From Octopus bimaculoides (lineage: Eukaryota), in assembly GCF_001194135.2 (NCBI RefSeq), contig NC_068988.1:92261539-92325538 (forward strand): 64,000 nucleotides of DNA. The letters run 5' to 3'. Position numbers and translations under genes: made by a program. The notes below the pieces were generated by a model, which worked only from the letters and a program-made list of their open reading frames with translations, had not been told where the DNA came from and did no database searches. Below are positions 13,801 to 24,888 of the stretch, in pieces (positions within the stretch are counted from its first letter, which is position 1; each line of letters begins with the position of its first letter).

Positions 13801-16721
13801 AACAGTAAAGGTGAGATAGGGGTACACTAGAGGGAGTTCAATGTTAATTGTTTCAAAGTTTGCTAATGTTCAGTTACTACTTCTTTCTATATTGCCTAAG
13901 TGATTGTTTCTTGTTAGTTGTACCTTTCTTCTGAGTTCAAATCTTGTCCAAGCAGAATTTTTTTTGTACATCATAAGCAAGGATTAAAAAAATAGCATCT
14001 ACCAATATTCGTGGACCTCTGAGTTTATCAGTCGTACACCCCAACTTTTGACTTGGTTAATAGCGACGCTGGCTTCTTTCCACTAGTGTTGCTGATTACT
14101 TCTCTCCAAGTTTCAAAATCACTATTTTTAGTTGTGTATAGTTTAATGTGACTTCCACAGTTGAGCACTAATTTTTAGTGGTGGTGGTCGTGGCTGTAGC
14201 TTTGTTATGCTCATGATATTTATGATTCATTATTTTTTATATAGGTAAAGCTCATTTTATTAATTTTGTCACTATAAGTATAACAGCAAATTCATTTAGT
14301 TGTAGTGGTGGTTATTTCTTGTAATGCTCTTTCAGAATCCCTTATGAAATGGTAACTGGACAGTTTCGTTGTCTCTTGCTCAGTGTATGATGTCCTATCT
14401 GGAAGAATTAATCACACACGCACACATATTTATGCATCTTTCACCTTTTACTTATTTCAGTCATTCGAACTGCAACCATGCCGAGGCACCGCATCACACA
14501 CATAATGAGTTTAAAGGGATATAATATCCTGGTTTTACCGTCTTTTCTCTCAAATCTGTTTCAGATGCCGGCTAACCACAACGATCCGTATGTAGTGCTC
14601 GAGCTAACAATGGGCTGTTAGGCCCTGGTCACTTCTCTCATTGGGTAATTTTGTGTCTTGCTCCGGACTACGATTATCTTATAGACTTCATTTGCTTACA
14701 GCTGTTTCCAATGTAAAATGCAGTGGAGTGCCTGAGTAACACTTTACAGTTTTATCAGCCTCACGGTCGAGACTATAGATTGTAAAGGTGTAATATTGCA
14801 GTAATGTAATTTAAAAAATGCTTTATAACTATTAAGCACTGTCGTATTGCTGATGATTGGGTTCTCGGAACTACTCGTGCCGTATTCCACTTTAATGTTT
14901 TATTTTCCGCTTGTCTTCCTTCAACTGCCAGCATTTTTGCTTCCTTTGGCAAAATAAACAGTTAATATGAAGACAGTGTAAAGGAAAGCTGTCAATCTTC
15001 TCGGTCAACCGATATAAGAGAACTTCTTTGTATGCTCGATCTGCTAGAAATAGTAACTAATTTTCTCTTAAATTACACCCGACCGTCTTCAATATCGAAG
15101 GATGCCTCAAGCAAAAACGAAAGAGCCTCTACGTGATCAGGTGAACTGCTATAAATAGCAGTCAGATTTCCCTCAGATTACATTGCGTTTTGAAAAAGAG
15201 AAGTTAATCGTATAGACGCATGGTACGTGTATATATGAATGTAACATCAGCATTCTTTCAGTTAATGATCACAAATTGAGAGGGTTGACACGATCTGGCA
15301 ATGTCACCTCTTCTTAAAATAAAATTTTCGTGGACTTCTACGAAATCACGATCTTGCTTTTAAAAAAATTTATCATTCAAATATTTAATTCCCTTTCGAA
15401 TCAAATTTTTTTTTAAAATTAATTTCAGTGGTGAGTGCTTTCCACTTTGAAATTGTGATCTTAAGCCGAAAGAATACAGCGTGTGTGTGTGTGTGTAGAC
15501 ATGTGTAACAACATTGGAAGTAGTCCTCAGAATCGTTGGAAACCGGACTAAATTTATGAAATGACTCAAGCATGGAGCACTTGCAATCAGGACTCGGAGT
15601 TTCTCGATAGCACTTTAAATTCCTGTCGTTCTTATCGATATTAGTGACGGGAGCCCCATATCTGGACAATCCACGCGCCAACACCGCGTGGCCTCTCTCG
15701 CTGGGAATGCTCTTTTCCCCCTTTCTCTTCTCCCTTTACCAGTTTCCTCTGGTCTTTCCTCATCTTTACCAACTATCTGAGAAGGACAATATCTGAATCT
15801 TTATAGCCATTAATTCGTTTCCTTCTCTCGCGCGTCAAACTAATATCATTGCTTGTCACCTTATCTCGTCTTATACTTTTATACTTCACTTGCTTCAGCC
15901 ATTGGGTTGCGGCCATGCTGGGGTACCACCGTGAAGGGCTTAGTCGAATAAATCGACCTCAGTACTTATCTTTTCAGTCTTGTTCTTATTGCTTTTCTTT
16001 TTGTCTTTTTTTGCCTATCTGTTGAGTCATGGGGACGTTAACCAACATGGTTGTCAAGTGATGTGGGGAACACACACACACACACAACGGACTCCCAGTT
16101 TCGTCTTCTAAATTCACACACAAGACAATCAGTGATCAGTCCAAAGTTAAAAGCAGAAAACGCTTGCTTGCAGTGAGCAAGTCACTCCTACTATAAGCCT
16201 GAGTTGACCAATTCCTTGAGTGAATTCAGTTGACAGAAAGTGTGGGAACCTATGTTGATGTATTTTTTTTTCCATTGCTCCCCTACACATACGCACATTA
16301 TTACACAATCCGCCGTAACCTTCGGTCTTCCAGACGGTAGGACATAATTTGAATGAGATATGGCTACTATGTGTAGCAGTTCAAGCAACTACACAGAAGC
16401 CCCCACATTGGACCATGTTGGAGTTGTAATATTCGGAAGGAAACTGGGCGGAGAAAACGGTTACTTAGCAAGACTGACAGATGAGAGCCTATGGCTATGA
16501 TGAAAACAGTGGACACAGGTAAATTGAAAAAGAAATGGTTATGGTTGTGTGGTCATAACACGTTTATGCACGTGCGTGTGTGTGTGAGTGAGTTTGTGAG
16601 TGTGCGTGTGTTAGCTTAATCATTGTGTTTTTGTACTTGATAGATATTACTTAGTACGTCATCAGTGTAGATATATTTCAGCTACTTTACAGCCATGAGC
16701 CACCAACAGTGTCCCTAAAGC

Positions 16722-16866
16722 CAGTCATGAGCAACCGGCGATCCGTATGACACTGAATGGCATGCCCAACGAAATATTACCTTGAATTTCTTTTAGTAGT
16801 GCGGCCTCCCTAATGATGAACTATATCTCATGTGGCCCGCTTCTCCAAAAATGTTACCCATGCCTG
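16722..16866. mobile_element. hAT-type MITE (old)
   Basis: cagtcatgagcaac / gttacccatgcctg TIRs; degenerate 8-bp TA-centred flanks. Confidence 0.55.
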
Positions 16867-17947
16867 CTCTAAGCTATCACTCGTGTTGCCTACTTGAAGC
16901 AGAAACTAAATTTCTCTTTACGTACATTACCTTATTGCCTGTAAAAGAAAGATATAAAGCATATTGGTCACGGTACTCATAGGTATATAAAAATATAGGA
17001 TGGTTACGGCTGGAATCCCATTGATCATATGTCTACTCGGACCAGATTCACATGCGGGCCAAACATGAACGACTGCAACCACAAACTCATTCTTACTATG
17101 TTATTGTGAAATTTACGTGTGAACTCGCAAACTTTATTTCTATGGCCGGGTTTCAACACTCATCTTCTCCATACACATATTCTACTTATATAACTATGTG
17201 AAACCTATTGATTATAGGACTGAATTCAGATAATATTGTAATACACTTGTATTTCTCGAAAATGTTAGCGGTATAGGCGAAACGATTTCTGCTAAGATTC
17301 GAACTACTGACTTAAGCTCATTGAAAATTTATCGCCGTATCGTATTGACCAATTCTCATATGCAAGCACTATGGTGGCTAGAAACTCCAAATCAAGACAT
17401 TTGTGGTCTTGTATTAATTAATCAGTGCTGCCATAGCAGTTACATCAATATAGTTATTACAATTATAGGTGGTTGATCTGTTAACGTCATCTTCTGTAGT
17501 TGCTGTCTATAAAGCTTATTTATTCTGGTAGGCTGTTGTTTAGCCCTAGGTCAAGTATTTGTTGTGACCATTTCGTCTTTCTCTGTATCTAAAATGACAC
17601 TGAGCCGGTTGAGTGGACAAAATGCCTTTCAGTATTTGTTCAATATCTTTTCGATCTGAGTTCAATTCCTACTGAAGTTTATTTCGTTTTTCATCATTCC
17701 AGAGCATCTACTGTGTTGATAACGCCTACTAGGACAGAAACACTTGTCCGTAGCTGTTCTCTTTCTTGTCTCCAGACAATCAGACTGCCAATTTTGGAAA
17801 ATTCTTCATTCCTGAGATTATCACCCTTTTTCATTTAGAGTTAGTCCCAAATTCCACCACCAAACGATTATTTTACCCTCTTTGGGTGCGGAGACAATTT
17901 CAATAATCCAAGTAGAATATATTTTTTATGGTATTTGATATACTCTT

Positions 17948-18002
<55 letters not shown>

Positions 18003-18320
18003 GAATTTACAGAAGGGAGAAACAACAAGCAGGTGTATTAGTTTGACGCTCGGGAAGAATGGAAAAGTCTTTGACGTTTTGAGTCTATGCTCTTCGACAG
18101 AAAGGATTGGGAGGGAAAAAGAGAAAGAACGAGAAAAAATGAAGTGAAAAAGTGTGTGGGGATTAACGGTTCAACATGATGACCATCCCTGTCGACAGGC
18201 CACTGTTATTTATAGTGTTAAACACTTTCGGTATGCAAATTAGGTTCATAGAGTAACTGCTGCATTTGTTGAGTATATAAACAGTTTGGCTGCTTGTTTC
18301 TCTGCAGACTGTGAGAATGA

Positions 18321-18400
18321 CGTAGACGCCTCTGATGAGAACCCAATATGGTTTGAAAATCGATTAAGGTTATTCATCATTCTTGTTTTATCAGTCTACG
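18321..18400 (+). ncRNA. Putative minimal type-I hammerhead ribozyme, probably in a Penelope-like pLTR remnant (~18200-18420)
   Basis: Helix I gcct(18328-31)/aggt(18367-70). Core CTGATGA (18332-38). Helix II gaacc/ggttt with loop caatat. GAAA (18355-58). Palindromic helix III AATCGATT. UUA cleavage triplet ending 18366. Distal helix CGTAGAC(18321-27)/GTCTACG(18394-400). Confidence 0.7.
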
Positions 18401-19459
18401 GAGAAATGGCTAAAATTTGCTCTCACCAGTGACAAAGGAAACATGGAAGTGGTATCACGATCTGCTAGAAATTGCAGCCAAGGTATGTTCTATATACTCC
18501 TAAAATGGCGGTATAGTCGTGGCTGGAATGAATGGCTTTTGATCGTAGGCATGCTCATTCAAGGCGGACCTGACAAAATCTAAAATATCTAGCAGGTATA
18601 ACAATGTTCTGTACACCATAGGTTATTGTTTAGTCCCAGATCTTCTCTTATTGAGAAGTCTTGTGACGAACGCGTTCCAACAGTGAATATCCTGTCTTTT
18701 TTTTTCAGGTATAAGTGTATCTATGTGTTTCAGGTGTTTGTGTATCTATTATCAAATGTGTCCTTCGTCTATTATGCTAGTAGATTTAAGATTTGGCAGC
18801 TATATTTAATAGTAAAGCGACCGCATAGATCACGCATGAACGACCTATATCGAGTAGCGGGAGATCTGGTTCATCGTCCAGCGGACCGCAAGTTGCCCAC
18901 GACTGGCATAGAAGTTTATTCGTTGGCTCACTGCGGATAGCTAACTATATCAGTGGTTGTCACTTCGCTGCGATGTCTCCCTTACAGTTGGAATTCAGCC
19001 CCACCACCACCACCACCACCATTCTTTGCCTCTGTCAGTGTCGTTATCAGACCGCCAATATTGAGCTCGGTGAGTTGGCAGAACCGTGAATGCTTAGCGG
19101 CATTTCGACTTTACGATCTGAGTTCAAATGCCGCCGAGTCAATTTTGCCTTTCATCTTTTCGGGGTCGGTGTAATCGACTTACCACCTCCCTTCGAAATT
19201 GCTGGCCTTGAGCCAAAATTTGAAACCAATATTTTGTGTCACTAGTGAGTAGTTTCGACCTCATCATACGCCTTACGTGAAATAGAAGTAAAATTTCTAT
19301 AAAATCACATCCTTCTTAAAAGAAAGGGATAAAGAGATAAAGACGAGGTGCTTATAGCCGTAATAACTTAGATCATAGGTCTGTTTGATCAGGGTTAAAT
19401 AACAGTAATATCTACATTATATACATGGTTAAATATCGAGTCAACGCTTGAAGCCTCTG

Positions 19460-19645
19460 TGGTTGCTAGGTTTGTAAGAAATAGTAGCTTAATCTCCTTC
19501 AAGTCATACCCCATCTTTAATAAAATAAAAACAGAAGGTACAAAGGATAAGGTAGTTGTAGATACACTGTGTCTGATAATCATAGCAGGAATGCCTTTCA
19601 TATCATAGATCTGTTCGATCATAGCTAACCTGGGGCTAAACGACA
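19460..19645 (+). mobile_element. SINE-like family E fragment (other pieces at ~1-100, 8300-8410, 15030-15230, 16860-17080, 18440-18600, 61250-61430, 63805-64000)
   Basis: Recurrent ctagaaatagcagccaaat..ggaatgcctttgatcatag.tctg.tcgatca..gctgacctggggctaaac motif. Confidence 0.65.
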
Positions 19646-20048
19646 TCGTGCGAATTTACACACAGATCGGTTACAGCAAGTACACATATACACTCGCTCT
19701 TAAACCGATATACGTGCGCGCACATACTCACGCACTGTGATATTTTTATCTCCATCTATTAAAGAGTGTTCTTCCTTCACTATTCTACGTTTCAGTTAAT
19801 TTCTCCTTTATTTCATCTTTCTTTCTTCTGTTCTATCCAACCTCCGTTAGCTCACCTCCACTTCTCTTCTCTATCTTTACTCTCATCCTTTGCTCTATCT
19901 TTTTTCTTTACTCTCCCCATCCCCCTTCTCATTCTCTTTCCTCCCTCACTTATTTCGAAATTAGCAATTCTTTCTATTCTCTCTCTTTCATTCATCCTTT
20001 GTCTTCCTCACATCCTTCCAACCTCTCCAGTTATTATTATTATTATTG

Positions 20049-20470
20049 AGGCGGTGAGCTGGCAGAAGTGTTAGCACTCCGGACAAAGATGATTAGCAGC
20101 ATTTCGTCCGGTTTTACGTTCTGAGTTCAGATTCTGCCGAGGTCGACTTTGTCTTTCATCCTTTCGGAGTCGATAAATTCAGTAAGCCAAACTCTGGAGT
20201 CGTAATCAACTAACCCCCTTCCCCTAAACTTTCAGACCTTCTGCCTATAATAGAAAGGATTATTAAGGTGGCGAGCTGGCAGAATCGTTAGCAAGCCGGA
20301 CGAAATACTTAGCGGCATCTCTTCCGGCTCGTTACGTTTCGAGTTCAAACTTTACCGTGATCAACTTTGCCTTTCCTCCTTTCGGAGTCAATGAAATAAG
20401 TGCCAGTTAAATACTGGCTTCGATGTAATCGACTTGCCCCCTCCCTCAAAATTTCAGGCCTTGCCCCGAT
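20049..20470 (+). mobile_element. Tandem pair of tRNA-derived SINE family B (other copies ~1293-1480, 2610-2830 -, 5300-5490, 8915-9135, 9880-10050 -, 19073-19230, 36625-36830, 44020-44200 -, 53715-54180 -)
   Basis: ggcgagctggcagaatcgttagc..ttctgagttcaaat..gtcgactttgcctttcatcctttcgg..gtaatcgactt recurs throughout the window. Confidence 0.9.
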
Positions 20471-20833
20471 AGTTGTTATGGTCCTTTCGATCCGTCTGCT
20501 GCAAAACGATTTTCTCGTTGTTCTCTAGATACTCGTTCTCAATCTTTTTATATGTACATTCTCCTCTGTCCATCCCTCTCCTCCTATGAATACCTCCCTG
20601 TCTCTATCTAATTCCCTTCTCATTTAGTCTATTCCTTCTTCCCTCCATCTCTACACCCATTCTTTCTTTATCCTATCTCCATTTCATTTACACTTTCATT
20701 TTCTATCCTCTTCCCGTTATTGCAACTCACATTTCTTCTTCATTTTCTCCCCTACTACCCCTTGAAATATCCCCTCCCGTCTCTAATCTACAGTTCACTC
20801 TGACACTACCTACAACCCCTTTTTGGTCCAGAT

Positions 20834-21248
20834 GGACTATATGTAATCTGAACCTTTCCCCCCTTATTTTTTTTATTATTTTTACGGAATCCCACGTTTT
20901 AGGCTATGGAGATTCCGATTCTGAAAATTTTTTTTCAAAAATCTCAATTTCAAAATTTCGATTCCCCCCCCCCGGGTTTTATATAGATCCACAGGATAAA
21001 CCTAACCCTAACCCTGACCGTAACCCTGACCATAACCCTAACCCTAAACCTAACCCTAACACTAGTTTTGTGAAATTTGGCTGTTATTTCTAGCATGTAA
21101 ATAGCCTGCTTGGTGGGAGGGGGGGGGGGTGAAATTTTTCAAACAATTTTTTTTCAGAATCGGAATCTCCATAGCCTAAAACGTGGGATTCCGTAAAAAA
21201 AAAAAATTAATAAATAAGGGGGGGAAAGGTTCAGATTACATATAGTCC
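20834..21248. mobile_element. MITE with ~100-bp TIRs and a central (CCCTAA)-like array
   Basis: ggactatatgtaatctgaacctttcccccc...ttacggaatcccacgttttaggctatggagattccgattctgaaa is repeated in inverse at 21145-21248. About ten CCCTAA-like units at 21000-21060. No clean TSD found. Confidence 0.85.
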
Positions 21249-22164
21249 GTCTCTACCCCCTTTTTTCCCCTTACTTTCTTCTCTACTCGTTTTCTTTCCG
21301 TTTATATATAGTGTTTATACTCACATATGCATGTATGTATGTATGTATCTATCTAAAAATAACACACACATACTCTCTCTCTCTCCCTTACTTCTCCTCC
21401 ACCTTTCTCATCTCTATTCATTTCTTCTCCTTTCTGTCACTCAACTCTCTCTTGCCCTTTCCCCCCCTTCTCTTCTGTGCTCCTACATCATTTCACTGTA
21501 ACCCACTGTATCTCTCGTCCATTTCACAGTACTCGTTGTTTAGCTCATTTTATGAACTTTTCTGTACATCCTCTAACTCTTAAAGTTAAAAATCCTCCAT
21601 GCCCCACATCCATACATTTACCATGTAGGGGTGTCTGTGTGTTTCTACACACACACACACACACATTCAACTATCAACACACCTCACCTTTTAAAAATAT
21701 CGATTTCTTTCTGTCACATAGCCACAGATATCTAGGTGAGGCATATTGTGATGTTTAATCCCTTTGTTAAAGAGCGTTGTAGACAGTTCCTCTTCACACA
21801 CTCTCTCATTCTCCTTCTCTCTTTCTCTCTCTCTCTCTCTCACACACAATATGTAGGCACACATTTAAAAAAAAATTTTTTTGGTTAGTAGGACAGGCAG
21901 TGCCTATAATCCTTTATAGAGCCTCTGAGACTAGCCGGAAAGAGGAAGGTATCCTCAAACCAGCGGCCTGGTTGAATGCTTGCAACAAGGTAGATTCCGA
22001 TAAAGGCATCCTATGTCGGTGCTCGGTGGTGGTGTTAAACTAGGTGTTGGATTAAGTTTTTCCAATCAACTTAATTCCAGGAAAAAGTTTGAAGGTTAGT
22101 GGTTATTTATGCGGGAGAACGCTTTGTCACTACATCAGAAAAGCTTCAACCCAAAATATATATC

Positions 22165-22870
22165 TCAACATGGAAAACATGCTAATCATCATCGCCAGCT
22201 ACAAAATTAGGGGAGACAAATCACTTCTGTCCTATACTGGATAAGGTCTTGGTCAAACTCATACTCAACAGACTGGCCCAATCTATATCAGAAACTCCAG
22301 AGTCACAACGCAGCTTACACAGGGATTGAGATACAATCGATATAATGTGCATTATAAATGCAGCTTCTAGGAAAATACAGAATGCAAGACCAGGACCTAT
22401 TCACTGGGTTTGTAGATCCAGCAAAGGTCTTCGAAATAGCCAAGAAAGAAAGGGAATTTCTGTGGGATCTTCTCTGAAAATTTAGTTGCTCGCCTTAGTT
22501 TGTGACTAATCTTACATTTCTACATTGCTATAATGGCTTAAGTTACTGTTGTTGAAGGGCAGAAATCTGAACCCAGAGTCGGGTAGAGCTCTGTGCTGGT
22601 TCCTGTCCTGTGAGTCACTCACCCCTTCCTCATCCTTTTGTGAATCAGCAAGCAATATCCTGTTCACTGTTATGCAGAAGGATAGAAAGGAGAAATGCTA
22701 GTCACTTGTAACTTCTGACTCGATGGAAAGTTTTTCAATATCAGAAAGCTGCCATCATCAAGTTCAGATCTGAACAAGTCATTGAACAACAGTTATGTCG
22801 ATGACTGCCCTCTGTAGCTTTCACTCAGGAAGACTTTCAAGTCACAATTTCATCCACGCCCAGCTTCGAT
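22165..22870 (+). mobile_element. Old RTE/BovB-like RT remnant
   Basis: Frameshifted translation SLLSYTG-KVLVKLILNRLAQSISETPESQ..DTIDIM..QDLFTGFVDPAKVF, DGKFFNIRKL, and a VDDCPL (YADD-equivalent) segment. Confidence 0.8.
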
Positions 22871-23950
22871 TTTCAGAGTGGCCTACCTCCCGAAAATGTT
22901 GATCGTATTATAAATTTCTAACTAAATAATTCAATTTCGCATTAATATCTGGTCCCAGATGGATAGAGAGGGAGGAGTAAATAGTGAGAGAGAGAGAGAA
23001 TAGTTTTAGGTCATCCTATAAACAGTGCAGTTTTTTAATACTTCTTTTATTTTTCAAAATTAAGATAAACAAAGTTATTTTTTTAATCTAAAATATACAC
23101 TCCTTCATTTTCTACAATGCTCTTCAATCTATCTGATAGACTTGCAAGGCCTCTCTTCCAAAATTCACTTGTCTGTGACAAAAAATCTCCAGTACTGTTC
23201 TGATATTGAAACCAAAGATGGTCGTTTTTCTTCTAGCGCTGACTTAAGCCACTCAAGCTGCTCTTGGTTTGGGTTTAAAAGTTCAAAGTGGACTAAACCT
23301 TTTGTATCCCACCAAACAGAAAGCAACACCTTACATGGGTGAAGACCTTTAGCCTGGGGTGCCAGTGTTTCTCCTTTCCCTACCCACTGTCTTCGGCACA
23401 TGACATTTTTATAGAGAACTCATTTCTTGTCACCAGTCACTATTCAGTCCAATAAAGGTTCATTCGTGAGATGTAACTGCAAAGAAGAGCACACATTCCC
23501 TCTCTGCGCACGATTTGACTTGGAAAGTTTGTGAGGAACCCATTGACCCAATTTGCTGACTTTTCTGATGGCATGCGGGTGTCGATGAATGGTTGAATGA
23601 CCAAATCCAAGCTTCTCTGCTAGTTCCTCAAAGTTACGATGGGATTTTGTTCCACCAGGATTTGCAGGACGTCCTTGTCAAGCTCTACAGATCTTCCAGG
23701 ACGAGGCTTGGCTTCTAGGCTGTAGTTCCTGGTTTGGAATTTCTGGAAACACCATTGACACTAGCTTATGCTTTTTACGATCCCCATGTACTGCATTAAT
23801 ATTCCTCGCACTTTCCATTGTGTTGTTGCCTTTATTGAACTCATAAAGCAAAATATGCCGAATATGCCCCTTTGTCACTTCCTTTATAACTTTGAAAAAA
23901 TAACTGTTAAAATCGAACAGCACTCTTCAAAACTTGCACTAAGAATAAGT

Positions 23951-24869
23951 AATTTTTAATCACCCACAAGGGGCTGCCATAGAGGGGACAACACAAAAAC
24001 ATGGGGACACATAACACGAAAAAAATTAAATTAAAAATAAAATTGAAAATATGGTAACATGCATGATACATGAAAATGAAACATGAAAATGAGCTGCTTG
24101 CCCCACCTCAAGCAGCAACACTGACTTCCTTCTGAATCCCGAGTCCTTCAAAACATCCAATCTGAACTTTTCTCTCAGTTTCTCATATCCTACTTTTACT
24201 GGTATCCTTTTCAGGTTCACATCAATCTTCCAATATTTATAACCTTTTTTATATTTTGCAATCACTTCCTTCTGGCTCTGAGACACCAGCACACACATGT
24301 GCCAACCCACAACATTAGTATATCCCTCCACATCCACAAATTTTGCTGTCTTCCACCTTGTTACCTCAGCTATTTTCATGGGGGGGGTGGAATTTTGTGT
24401 ATCTTGTGATGTCTGTTTCCCTCCTTTTTTTTTCATTGTGAAGGCAGGGAATGGGTGGGTTTGGTGTCGGTGGGGAGAGGGTGGGTCTGAGAGGTTATGG
24501 GTGGGGTGGGGATGGCTTGGGGTTCTGCATCACACTGTCCTTTCTTCCTTTTTTTCCTTCCTTCTGCCACTGTCCATAATCCTTTTTCCTTTCTTCCATC
24601 TGTACCATTTTTTGATGTTCTTCCATTTTAGACAAGTCTATTTTATTCCTTTTTAACTCCATTACTTCAGCGAAGCTCTTTTTTGTTTTCCAAGACACCT
24701 GTCCATTCTGTTACTGCCTTTACTAATTCCTCCTCTGAAGTGGACAATTCCAACCCACTAGCCATCGCTATCTCTCTTGAAACAGCGACTAAGCACAACT
24801 GGTAAACTGCTGCAAAGCTGCACAAAAATCAACACTTCAGTACAACTCAATACACGTTAAAAAAATACG
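23951..24869 (-). mobile_element. Same retroelement family, copy 1 (most of ORF1 deleted, ORF2 open)
   Basis: Its ORF1 N-terminus (LSTSEEELVKAV..KKSFAEV) matches copy 2 (LSSSEEELIRAV..KKSFAKV) and is fused to the ORF1 C-terminal tail. Same C-rich spacer, open ORF 24436-24026 and same 3' end. Flanked by identical 19-bp repeats at 23932-23950 and 24870-24888. Confidence 0.8.
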
Positions 24870-24888
24870 ACTTGCACTAAGAATAAGT

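Noticed and set aside
15385-15684. 99-aa minus-strand ORF with protein-like composition
   Set aside because: TTG start, runs into a CA repeat, and has no recognisable motif or convincing splice pair.
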